64,000 nucleotides of DNA. Origin: Gammaproteobacteria bacterium (GTDB lineage Bacteria > Pseudomonadota > Gammaproteobacteria > UBA4575). Shown piece by piece: positions 39,994 to 48,486 of this stretch. Position 1 is the stretch's first letter. Each line of letters starts with the position of its first letter. The stretch lies in NCBI GenBank assembly GCA_965222615.1, contig CBDCUI010000008.1, forward strand, positions 64,001 to 128,000, in the 5' to 3' direction. The position numbers and the translations under genes were made by a program. Below the pieces are notes generated by a model. It was not told the DNA's origin, searched no databases, and saw nothing but the letters and a program-made list of their open reading frames with translations.

Positions 39994-42288
39994 ATGCAGA
40001 CCGACAAGATTAAAGCGCCCAAAGGGCATTCCGTTCACCACGTTACATGTCCCCATGATTGTCCAGACTCATGTTCGATGTTAGTTACGCGAGATGATGA
40101 GACAGGTAAGGCGGTACGTGTACAAGGGGATCCTACCCATCCTATCACTCGTGGATACTTATGTAATAAGGTGAATCACTATCTTGATCTGGTTTATAAC
40201 GAAAATCGTGTGCTGTACCCACACAAACGTGTTGGACCCAAAGGCCCTGGCGCAAAGTTCGAACGTATCACTTGGGATGAGGCCTTAGATACGATTACCG
40301 ACAATTTCAAAAGTGTAATCGCAGAATACGGCAGCGAGGCCGTACAACCATATTCATACTCCGGCACCATGGGCATGGTGGGCTATTGGACCATGGATTA
40401 TCGCTTTTGGAACAAGATGCAAGCGGCAGGATTGATTCAATCGATCTGCATTTATGCGGCAATGTGGGCCGATTTACATACATACGGGCTTGCACATCCC
40501 AATATGTCTGTACATGAAGCCGCCGAAGAAGCGGATCTTATGATTTTGTGGGGTGCCAACCTTGTCAGTACGGGCGTACACGCCATTCCATTTATTCGTG
40601 AAGCTAAAGAGCGTGGTATGAAATTGATCGTCATCGATCCACGAGTAACTCGCACTACCATGATGGCGGATTGGCATATTCAACCTAAGCCTGGAACCGA
40701 TGCCGCACTGGCATTGGGTATGATGAAAGTGATTGTGGATAATAATCTACACGATCTTGATTTTCTAAAAGAACAAACTAATGGTTGGGAAGCGCTATTG
40801 GAGACCAAACTTCCTGATTATCCACTCGATAAAGTTTCTAAGATTACCGGGGTACCGGCTGCAGAAATTGAAAAGCTCGCATTGGAATATGCCTCTACCA
40901 AGAAATCATGTATTCGCGCAAACTACGGATTAAATCGTCACCAGAACGCCGGCCAAATGTGCAGAGCGGTTTTAATTCTTCCATGTATAACCGGAGCTTT
41001 GCGTGAACCATGTGGTGGTGCAAGTTTTGGCACCTTGAATGAGATGTGGTTTCGTTGTATGAGCGATGCATTGCATCGTCCTGATCTAGGAGAACGCAAG
41101 CGCGCCATCAATATGGTACAAATTGGTCGAGCCCTTGCGGATGACATCGATGCCGATGGCAATAAAATGGATCCACCAATTAAGAGTATTTTCATTTACA
41201 ACTCGGATCCCGCCAATTGTGCGCCGAACACAAACAATGTGCGTAAAGGTTTAATGCGCGATGATCTATTTGTAGCAGTGCATGAGACCATGTGGACCGA
41301 CACTTGCCAGTACGCCGATATTGTAATCCCTGCCGACACCCAGTTGGAACGTATGGATATGGTCGCAACTTATGGCAATTGGTATTTCACTATGAATGAG
41401 CCTGTCATCGAGCCGCTTGGGGAAAGCGTTCGAAACTCAGAGTTATTTCGAATGTTAGCGCAGAAGATGGGTTATGTTGAAGAAGGTGATAATGCCTTTA
41501 CACAAACCGATGAAGAAATTATTCGTGACATTTTATGTGATGAAGGTAAGTCTAATTTATTGATGGAAGGTATTAAGTACGAGGATTTCGAAAATAAGGG
41601 TTTTGTTCGTGCTAATACGGGTACGGATAGCAGAGATTTCATGAAGAATGGTTGGCCAACCCCTTCAGGAAAAATTGATATTTGGTGCGAAGCCTTAAAA
41701 GAGGAGGGTGTTGATCCTTTACCTACTTATGTACCGGAAATTGAAGGTCAAGAAGATCCTAAACGTGAGAAATACCCACTACAGATTTTAAGTAGTGCAT
41801 CGCATTACTTTATTGGAGATTCGTTTCAAACCGTGCCACGTTTACAGGCGATGATGTCCAGACCGACAGTAGAATTAAATCCAAATGAAGCCAAGGCTCG
41901 CGGGATTGAAGATGGTGACCTATGTCGTTTATACAATGATCGTGGGGAAACTTACGCCTATGCAGTGATAATTGATGGTCTTTTAGATGGTATTTGTTCT
42001 ACGCAAAAACAATTTAAGGGAAGTAATACACCTAGTGGCGTTAATGTAAATGCATTAAATACGGAAATGTTAACGGATTTTGGAACCAGCCCAACTTTTT
42101 ACTCAGTACTTTGTGAAATTGAAAAAGCCAGTGACGAAATGCGTAAACAAACATTGTTAAAAGAATGGGGTGGCAAAGAGGGCTACATCAAAAAGTGGCG
42201 GGAAGATCCACTTAACCAGGAAGTTAAAGCAAGTGATGATGAAATATTGGCATTTGCTGAGGAAAAACATCCTGGAATATTCAGTTAA
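39994..42288 (+). CDS. Cytoplasmic Mo/W-bisPGD oxidoreductase (DMSO reductase superfamily)
   Basis: CPHDCPDSC...LCNK 4Fe-4S motif, WGAN, IDPR, PGTDAALALG and TDTCQYADIV; no Tat signal; GGAGG SD before ATG 39994. Confidence 0.9.
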   Translation: MQTDKIKAPKGHSVHHVTCPHDCPDSCSMLVTRDDETGKAVRVQGDPTHPITRGYLCNKVNHYLDLVYNENRVLYPHKRVGPKGPGAKFERITWDEALDTITDNFKSVIAEYGSEAVQPYSYSGTMGMVGYWTMDYRFWNKMQAAGLIQSICIYAAMWADLHTYGLAHPNMSVHEAAEEADLMILWGANLVSTGVHAIPFIREAKERGMKLIVIDPRVTRTTMMADWHIQPKPGTDAALALGMMKVIVDNNLHDLDFLKEQTNGWEALLETKLPDYPLDKVSKITGVPAAEIEKLALEYASTKKSCIRANYGLNRHQNAGQMCRAVLILPCITGALREPCGGASFGTLNEMWFRCMSDALHRPDLGERKRAINMVQIGRALADDIDADGNKMDPPIKSIFIYNSDPANCAPNTNNVRKGLMRDDLFVAVHETMWTDTCQYADIVIPADTQLERMDMVATYGNWYFTMNEPVIEPLGESVRNSELFRMLAQKMGYVEEGDNAFTQTDEEIIRDILCDEGKSNLLMEGIKYEDFENKGFVRANTGTDSRDFMKNGWPTPSGKIDIWCEALKEEGVDPLPTYVPEIEGQEDPKREKYPLQILSSASHYFIGDSFQTVPRLQAMMSRPTVELNPNEAKARGIEDGDLCRLYNDRGETYAYAVIIDGLLDGICSTQKQFKGSNTPSGVNVNALNTEMLTDFGTSPTFYSVLCEIEKASDEMRKQTLLKEWGGKEGYIKKWREDPLNQEVKASDDEILAFAEEKHPGIFS

Positions 42289-42329
42289 GGGTCACACTTA
42301 AAGGCTAAGAAGAGAGGAGAAAAAAACAA

Positions 42330-43457
42330 ATGGCCACAGCACAAAAAAACTTTCATGATCCGTTTGATTACTACATAAGAAAGCTACCAGAACCAGAACG
42401 AGATATTCAAAGAAAGCGTGTCACAGTCAACAATGGCATTATAAAAAGTATCGATAAGCTAACTTATGACACCTTTAAAGTAGTAATTCAATGTGGTGAA
42501 GATGCACCACAAATAGTTTTTAAAGCAGGTCAATACGCGACAATCACAGTACCAGGCTGTAGAAGGCCGCGTTCGTATTCAATTGCCAAGGCACCTGAAA
42601 ATGAAAATCCTAATGAACATACGTTTTTTATTCGTTTAGTGCATGGTGGTAAGCTCTCTAGTTGGATTGCAGGTGATGATCGTGAAGGAGAACATGTAAA
42701 AATATCTGGCCCGCTTGGTAATTTTTCATTGGATCCTTCTGATAAAACCATGGTGTGTATCGCAGGTGGAAGTGGAATGAGTGCGATCAACGCAATTGTT
42801 GAGCATGCCTGTAATTTACAACTTGAACGTGATTGTTATTTCTTTTATGGCGCTAGAACTCAAGCGGATCTCTACCTGCAAGAGGAAATGCAAGATATAC
42901 AAAGACAGTGGAATAAAAATTCCACGTTTACATTCATACCCGTGCTATCAGAAGAAGCAGAAGATAGTGATTGGGATGGTCCTCGTGGGTTTGTTACAGA
43001 TCATTTTAAAGAGGAATATCTAAACAAAGGCGTAGTTTCTGTTAAGAACATTAAAGCGTATTTTTGTGGACCGCCACCAATGATCGATCTTGGGGTTGAG
43101 GCATTAAAAGAAGCGGGGCTTGACGATAGTGATATTTATTATGATAAATTCGAAGATGCCAGATCACCTGCACCTGTAGTTGACAATACGAAGTGTGTTT
43201 TGTGTGATGAGTGCTTGCTGGTTAAACCTGTTCCAAATTGTTTGGTGGAAGCTACAAATTTTAAAACTAATGGTGGTGGAGAAATCACGAGCTTCGATCG
43301 TGTAACACCTGCACAGACTTCAGGTCTCTACTACAACTCGTTGTTTATTGATGAGAATGAATGTATTCGATGTTATGCATGTGTCGATGCTTGCCCTCAT
43401 GATGCGATTTCTGCTGACTATGCTAAAACGCCTAGAACGCTAAGAAAATATAGTTAG
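42330..43457 (+). CDS. FAD/NAD(P) oxidoreductase fused to a C-terminal 4Fe-4S ferredoxin
   Basis: AGQY, RSYSIA, GKLS, AGGSG, YGAR and CGPPPM, followed by CVLCDEC and CIRCYACVDACP. Confidence 0.85.
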   Translation: MATAQKNFHDPFDYYIRKLPEPERDIQRKRVTVNNGIIKSIDKLTYDTFKVVIQCGEDAPQIVFKAGQYATITVPGCRRPRSYSIAKAPENENPNEHTFFIRLVHGGKLSSWIAGDDREGEHVKISGPLGNFSLDPSDKTMVCIAGGSGMSAINAIVEHACNLQLERDCYFFYGARTQADLYLQEEMQDIQRQWNKNSTFTFIPVLSEEAEDSDWDGPRGFVTDHFKEEYLNKGVVSVKNIKAYFCGPPPMIDLGVEALKEAGLDDSDIYYDKFEDARSPAPVVDNTKCVLCDECLLVKPVPNCLVEATNFKTNGGGEITSFDRVTPAQTSGLYYNSLFIDENECIRCYACVDACPHDAISADYAKTPRTLRKYS

Positions 43458-43524
43458 TGAACATATCGCAAGAGGCGCATAGCAAATACCTTCAATAAAA
43501 ATATTTATAATTTGGATAAAAAAT

Positions 43525-43559
43525 AAAGCTGCTGTTGGAATTTCAAGAGCAGCTTTTTT
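43525..43559 (+). terminator. Rho-independent terminator
   Basis: AAAGCTGCT...AGCAGCTTTTTT. Confidence 0.7.
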
Positions 43560-43648
43560 GTTATAAGGGTTTAATAAAGAATGGATAGCTTGGTGCAGAC
43601 AAGTGTCTAATAATATATACACTTTTATAATTGGCTGGAGTTTTGAGT

Positions 43649-44692
43649 ATGAATTTGAAAATCACATGGTCGGCATTCATTTCTATAGTGCTTATGTCTT
43701 TTTTGATGTATTCAAGTGAAATAAAAATTAGCCAAGCGGCTTCATCTACCCAAAAAGTTCATACGCCAGTTGTTGAAGAAATTGGAGAACTTACAGATGA
43801 AGAACTTCTTAAGTTACAAGATGAATTAAATAAGCCTAAAAAGGAGTCAGGCAAATTCACCGAAGGCGTATTGTGGAAAATAGAAAAAAATAAGGAGTTT
43901 ATAGGTTACTTGTTTGGCACGATTCACATGAATGATAAGAGAGTAAATGAGATTCGCAAGAGCATAATGGGGATATTTGATGAGATGAATAGCTTCGCCA
44001 TGGAGTCTTTTCCTAGTGATCATTACTGGAATCCCTATCATGGTGGTCAAATGATTAAGGGTGATATGACTTTACCAAAAGGGCAAACTTTAGAGCAGTT
44101 GATTGGTAAGGATCTATATAAAAGGGTTGAAGAAGTATTGCTGAATTTGGGTTTAGATCAAGACACAATTTTACATATGAAACCCTGGGCTGCGATGCGG
44201 AGCTTTGCCGTTAAAGCGGAAAATACCGAAGATTTAATTTTGGATTATGAGCTGTTAGATCGTGCGGCTTCACAAAGGAAAGAACTTTACCAAGTTGAAA
44301 GCATAGAAGAATTTTTAGTTACTTTTTATGCAATGCCTCAGGACGTACAAATAAAACTACTTGAATTTACGGTTAATAGCTATGACAAAATGAGAAATAC
44401 GATTAATATGATGCTTGAGGCCTATTTGGAAGAAGATTTGTCTAAGATGTATGAAATCAGTACTAATTTTATTCCTGATAAACCAGAAAACGAACGTTAT
44501 CGACAAACGTATCTAAAACATGTTGTCAAAGATAGAAACATTGTTATGGAGCACTATATGCGTAAACCGATGCGGGAAAAAAAGACGTTTATTGCTGTAG
44601 GCGCACTGCATCTTTATGGCGATCAAGGTATTTTGGCGTTAATGGAACAAGATGGTTACCAAGTTACACGAGTGCCATTGGATAAAATCTAA
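43649..44692 (+). CDS. TraB/GumN family protein
   Basis: LWKIE...YLFGTIH, RN..M and FIAVGALHL. Confidence 0.85.
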   Translation: MNLKITWSAFISIVLMSFLMYSSEIKISQAASSTQKVHTPVVEEIGELTDEELLKLQDELNKPKKESGKFTEGVLWKIEKNKEFIGYLFGTIHMNDKRVNEIRKSIMGIFDEMNSFAMESFPSDHYWNPYHGGQMIKGDMTLPKGQTLEQLIGKDLYKRVEEVLLNLGLDQDTILHMKPWAAMRSFAVKAENTEDLILDYELLDRAASQRKELYQVESIEEFLVTFYAMPQDVQIKLLEFTVNSYDKMRNTINMMLEAYLEEDLSKMYEISTNFIPDKPENERYRQTYLKHVVKDRNIVMEHYMRKPMREKKTFIAVGALHLYGDQGILALMEQDGYQVTRVPLDKI

Positions 44693-44717
44693 ACTCAACT
44701 GCTAACTATAGAATGAG

Positions 44718-45353
44718 ATGAGCTGCATAAAAAATGCAATTTTTCTTTTATTACTATATGTAATTATTTGTACTAGTGTGTATGCAGAAGATGATGTAGA
44801 GGATGTTCGATATGTAACAGATGAGCTGGAAATCACTTTACATCGCAATATGAGCTTGAGTAGTGAGATTATCACTCAACTTAAGAGTGGTACTCCTGTA
44901 CGAGTGTTAAAAACTAAACGTGATGAAGGCTATGTATTAGTTGCTACTAAGAATGAAAAAGTTGGTTGGACGTTAGAAAGTTATTTGATTAATGAACCTG
45001 CAGGTCGTGAACAGTATCAAACTTTAAAAAAAGAATATGATAAAATAAAAACTGAATTTGACACTCAGCTTGCACAACGCACAGAAAAACTTACAAAAGA
45101 GGTTGAGAGACTAAAGCGAATTTCAAAATTGCCATTAGAATTGCAAGAAGAAAATCAACGACTAAAAGAAACACTACAACAAGAACGTGCTGAGGTTGAA
45201 AGTATTAAACAAGAAAACCGTGAGTTTAAATCTATACACATGGATCGGCAGTGGCTTATTACGGGTGCAGTAATAGCACTTGGAAGTTTAATACTTGGGT
45301 TAATTATTACTAAGATTCCTTGGAGAAAACGCAAGAGTTGGGGAGAAATTTAA
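44718..45353 (+). CDS. SH3-domain protein (TIGR04211/YgiM-like)
   Basis: Signal peptide, YVTDEL...GW SH3b, coiled coil and a C-terminal TM ending RKRKSW. Confidence 0.85.
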   Translation: MSCIKNAIFLLLLYVIICTSVYAEDDVEDVRYVTDELEITLHRNMSLSSEIITQLKSGTPVRVLKTKRDEGYVLVATKNEKVGWTLESYLINEPAGREQYQTLKKEYDKIKTEFDTQLAQRTEKLTKEVERLKRISKLPLELQEENQRLKETLQQERAEVESIKQENREFKSIHMDRQWLITGAVIALGSLILGLIITKIPWRKRKSWGEI

Positions 45354-45512
45354 AAAGGCAACTCAAAATGTATCTAGTGCGTTGATACTACGCTGCAAAA
45401 CTTTCTCAAATGCTCATGTACTATCGTGTACACCCCGCTTCTCGAAAGTTTCGCGCCTTGTCCCTAGTCTAACTAATAAGGGTACTATCTACTATTTTGA
45501 GATATCTTTTTA
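45351..45512. mobile_element. Family-B palindromic MITE-like element
   Basis: TIRs TAAAAAGGCAACTCAAAAT / ATTTTGAGATATCTTTTTA; core AAATGCTCATGTA..TACACCCCGCTT. Confidence 0.7.
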
Positions 45513-45532
45513 ATAATATATCCTAGAGTTTT

Positions 45533-46204
45533 TTATATATCCTCCATAATGGCATTCAGTGTTTTAGCCTGATCAATCATTGGTCCTAATGAAGAGATGT
45601 CGGGTACTGACTGTACTCGGTTTTGTATTTGATTTGCTTCGGCCAAGGTATGGTACAAACGTTCAGAATCTTGCTGTGCTAAATCCTGTACCGAATCTAT
45701 TCCTGCATATACCATCAACTCAGAAATCTGCCCTTCTATTCCAGAGATACGCATGAGGTCACACATACTGGCCCATTTGCGTACTACAAAATCTTCTATA
45801 CCTACTTTTTCTGCCACTTGAATGCGTCCCTCTAGATTGCAGCATTTTTCCAATAATTCTTGGGTAGTGGTTATGCCCATTTCACGTATCGATTTGCCAT
45901 AAGACGCACCGATACCTTCTACCTCTTCGATGGGATAAGCTATTGATTCTGTTGGGGTTATTACTTCAGCTAGTGGTTCTGCAATGGTCGCTGTTGTAAT
46001 GGGTGTTTCGGCTGTTGTGCTAGAGAGCTTGCGTTGTAGATCGTCACGTTCACTTTCAATTTTAGCTAACTTGGCCTGCCAACCTTTATCTAATTCAGCA
46101 AGCTCATCTCGGTAGAATAATTTTTTTAACAACCAACCTACAATTGCGCCAATGAGTGCTGCGAGCAATAAACAAAACCACATTTGTTGAATTAAATAAC
46201 TCAT
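45533..46204 (-). CDS. DUF4332-like helix-hairpin-helix protein with N-terminal TM
   Basis: IEEVEGIG, W...CDLMRISGI and AGIDSV.DLA. Confidence 0.75.
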   Translation of the reverse strand: MSYLIQQMWFCLLLAALIGAIVGWLLKKLFYRDELAELDKGWQAKLAKIESERDDLQRKLSSTTAETPITTATIAEPLAEVITPTESIAYPIEEVEGIGASYGKSIREMGITTTQELLEKCCNLEGRIQVAEKVGIEDFVVRKWASMCDLMRISGIEGQISELMVYAGIDSVQDLAQQDSERLYHTLAEANQIQNRVQSVPDISSLGPMIDQAKTLNAIMEDI

Positions 46205-47049
46205 GGTTGAAGCCCCTTTACTTTAAATTCAATTCTTCTATTTTTTGCTAAGCCTTCTTCAGTTTCATTGTCAGCAATCGGTTGCGATTCACCATAACCT
46301 ACTGCAGTTAATTGAGAGGAATCGATGCCTTTGCTTACTAGATAAGATAATACTGCGGATGCACGTTCTTGGCTTAGGCGTAGATTGTATTCGTCCTTAC
46401 CCCGTGAGTCTGTATGCCCACCAATCTCGATTTCAGCATCTGGGCATTGTTTAGTAACTTCTACTAAGTCATTGAGCAAATTGTAACTAGATGTCTCAAT
46501 CTCAGCGCTATTGGTCGCAAAGTGAATTTTATTTGTGCTAAGTAATAAGTCGAAGTCTTGTTGGCAAGTGTATTCTGGTAACGGCTCTAATTTAGGTGTC
46601 GCCAGTACCGTTTCTGGTTGTTCAATTGGCAACTCTTCAACTGTTGAGGGCTCTTCTATTATTGGTAGTTCTTCAACAGTAGGAGGTTCTTCTATTATGG
46701 GTGGTTCCTCACTAGTCGTCATAGGTTCTGGTTGTTCGATTACTTCTTCGTCAGGATCTGACTTCGGTATTACTACAACGAGTCGGTTATTAACAGTACG
46801 TACACCATATACATTCTTAACTAATTTCCCCGCCCGTTTTCTTATCTTGTTACTTGCGACTTTACCGGTGAGTGCTACATCGCGGCCATCGATAGATACA
46901 TTTATATCTTTAAGACCTTCTATCGCCAGCGATGCAACCGTGCGTGTTTGAACGTCGTTTTGAATTTCGGTGCGATGTTGATAGATGCAAAAATAACCAA
47001 GAATTGCTAGTAGAGTTAAACCTAGCAATATGATTAAACCTTTACTCAT
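46201..47049 (-). CDS. BON plus OmpA-like domain membrane protein
   Basis: BON (GRDVALTG..GVRTVNNRL); OmpA C-domain (GHTDSRG, NLRLSQERA, NRRIEF). Confidence 0.9.
   Translation of the reverse strand: MSKGLIILLGLTLLAILGYFCIYQHRTEIQNDVQTRTVASLAIEGLKDINVSIDGRDVALTGKVASNKIRKRAGKLVKNVYGVRTVNNRLVVVIPKSDPDEEVIEQPEPMTTSEEPPIIEEPPTVEELPIIEEPSTVEELPIEQPETVLATPKLEPLPEYTCQQDFDLLLSTNKIHFATNSAEIETSSYNLLNDLVEVTKQCPDAEIEIGGHTDSRGKDEYNLRLSQERASAVLSYLVSKGIDSSQLTAVGYGESQPIADNETEEGLAKNRRIEFKVKGLQP
46621..46710 (-). repeat. Five imperfect 18-bp coding tandem repeats (EEPPII EEPPTV EELPII EEPSTV EELPIE)
   Basis: Read from the translation and the DNA. Confidence 0.8.
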
Positions 47050-47273
47050 CCAACTCCTCCATTACTATTTTTGAAGTATTGTTTTGTAATGTGCACACTG
47101 TAATATTAATCGTTGCAGTGCTAACTTAATATGATGAGCATTTAAATTGTGCTAAGGCTAACCTAATCACATGCTGCTTGCAATAGTGAAATATTGTTAC
47201 AATTTTGTATTAAAAGAGTTTTCTATATTAAATTGTAATAGTAATGACTGTATATAAAAGTTGTTATCGTTTG

Positions 47274-47489
47274 TTAAGTTAGTCTTTCGTAATTAGGAAA
47301 TGTACAAAATAGAATATCTTCTCCAAAATATACTCGTGGAAATATGCTTTGGGGAAGCCACTCTTTTTTCATCTTAACTTTTTCCATTCTACGTTTCGAC
47401 TTATTATTTTTTCGATGTACACAACCTTTAAATAGCAAAGGGTGATTGTATAATGGATTACGTCTGCACAATTTTGCTTTTTTACTCAT
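47274..47489 (-). CDS. Small basic protein, candidate ArfA-like ribosome rescue factor
   Basis: AGGAGG SD; K/R-rich RNPLYNHPLLFKGCVHRKNNKSKRRMEK..KKEW; hairpin within the 3' CDS. Confidence 0.55.
   Translation of the reverse strand: MSKKAKLCRRNPLYNHPLLFKGCVHRKNNKSKRRMEKVKMKKEWLPQSIFPRVYFGEDILFCTFPNYERLT
47318..47357 (-). other. mRNA hairpin inside the 3' coding region of the 47274-47489 gene
   Basis: CUUCCCCAAAGCAUAUU-uccacg-AGUAUAUUUUGGAGAAG; 15 of 17 positions pair, counting two G-U pairs. Confidence 0.65.
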
Positions 47490-47505
47490 ATTGACCTCCT
47501 ATCTG

Positions 47506-47742
47506 TTAACTAATTTGAGTTACTTTGCTAAAAGTACCTTCTTGAATAGCTTTATTGATGTATTCCATAAAAAAGATGGTTTTATCCTCTGCTTTCAATA
47601 CATTATCTTCGATATCATTCAATGGCACAGGAAAACTGTATAGCATTTCACTATAAGGTACAGGCACAGCATAGTACGCTACACCTTGCTGGTAACGTAA
47701 AAATTTTGCTTTAGCATTACTGATTATATTGTTAGCTTTCAT
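47506..47742 (-). CDS. Small hypothetical protein (FPVP...EDK...YI family), paralog 2
   Basis: AGGTG SD; shares motifs with 47781-47999. Confidence 0.7.
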   Translation of the reverse strand: MKANNIISNAKAKFLRYQQGVAYYAVPVPYSEMLYSFPVPLNDIEDNVLKAEDKTIFFMEYINKAIQEGTFSKVTQIS

Positions 47743-47780
47743 AGTTCACCTATATAAAACTTCGTATTTAAACAATAAAA

Positions 47781-47999
47781 TTATGCTGCCTTAGCTTTAT
47801 CCAGTTTTTCGGCGTGAGCTTTGATGTATGGATAAAAGCGTTTAGCGCGGTCTTCATTTAAGAAAACCGACTGCCCTGATCCCTTAATTGGTACAGGAAA
47901 TTTAAAACCGCTATCCGTGCGGTACCACAATTTTCCAGACAAGAAAAACATGAAGCGCACGCTTTCATTGTCATTTATGATTTTTTCTAAATTTTTCAT
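47781..47999 (-). CDS. Small hypothetical protein (FPVP...EDR...YI family), paralog 1
   Basis: AGGTG SD; shares motifs with 47506-47742. Confidence 0.7.
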   Translation of the reverse strand: MKNLEKIINDNESVRFMFFLSGKLWYRTDSGFKFPVPIKGSGQSVFLNEDRAKRFYPYIKAHAEKLDKAKAA

Positions 48000-48081
48000 G
48001 TTGTCACCTATTTAAAAATTGTCCTCTAGTTGGGTCTGTTATATGTGATAAATCGCTAATCTAATAAAATCATTGGGCATG

Positions 48082-48115
48082 AAAAAACCCCGGTGCTCAC
48101 GCTACCGGGGTTTTT
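48082..48115 (-). terminator. Intrinsic terminator upstream of the first operon gene (attenuator)
   Basis: On the - strand: AAAAACCCCGGT-agcgtgagc-ACCGGGG-TTTTTT. Confidence 0.8.
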
Positions 48116-48165
48116 GATTTAGTCCGGAAGGTGAGCTACGACCTTCCGGTATATGGAAAGTCTCG

Positions 48166-48315
48166 CTACAGGATGCTTTTTACCTGCCCAAATATATGCC
48201 TTAGTAAATAGATCGGGCTACAGAGCATCTTGCTACTTGTGCGCATAAACACCACGGTGTTAGCCCATGATAGGGCCCCTGTGCGCAATCTTGTTTTTTG
48301 CATAAAAATATTCAT
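48166..48315 (-). CDS. Putative leader peptide, 49 aa (MNIFMQKTRLRTGALSWANTVVFMRTSSKMLCSPIYLLRHIFGQVKSIL)
   Basis: Translated by hand (below the ORF-track cutoff). ATG is 9 nt after a TATAGT -10 box; stop is 16 nt before the hairpin at 48124-48149. Confidence 0.5.
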   Translation of the reverse strand: MNIFMQKTRLRTGALSWANTVVFMRTSSKMLCSPIYLLRHIFGQVKSIL

Positions 48316-48324
48316 CGGCGGCGA

Positions 48325-48352
48325 ACTATACTCTTATAAAAATGAATTGCAA
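48325..48352 (-). promoter_or_regulatory. Putative sigma70 promoter
   Basis: TTGCAA-16 nt-TATAGT on the - strand. Confidence 0.5.
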
Positions 48353-48486
48353 TATTGAATGTAAAAGCTTATTCAAAAAAAATGGCCGTTTATCAGCATT
48401 TTTAACAAGATTTTTTCACGAATCCAACGAATTCGTCTATTGCATAATAGGGTTGGAACAGGCAAACGAGAATTAGTTCCAGTATG

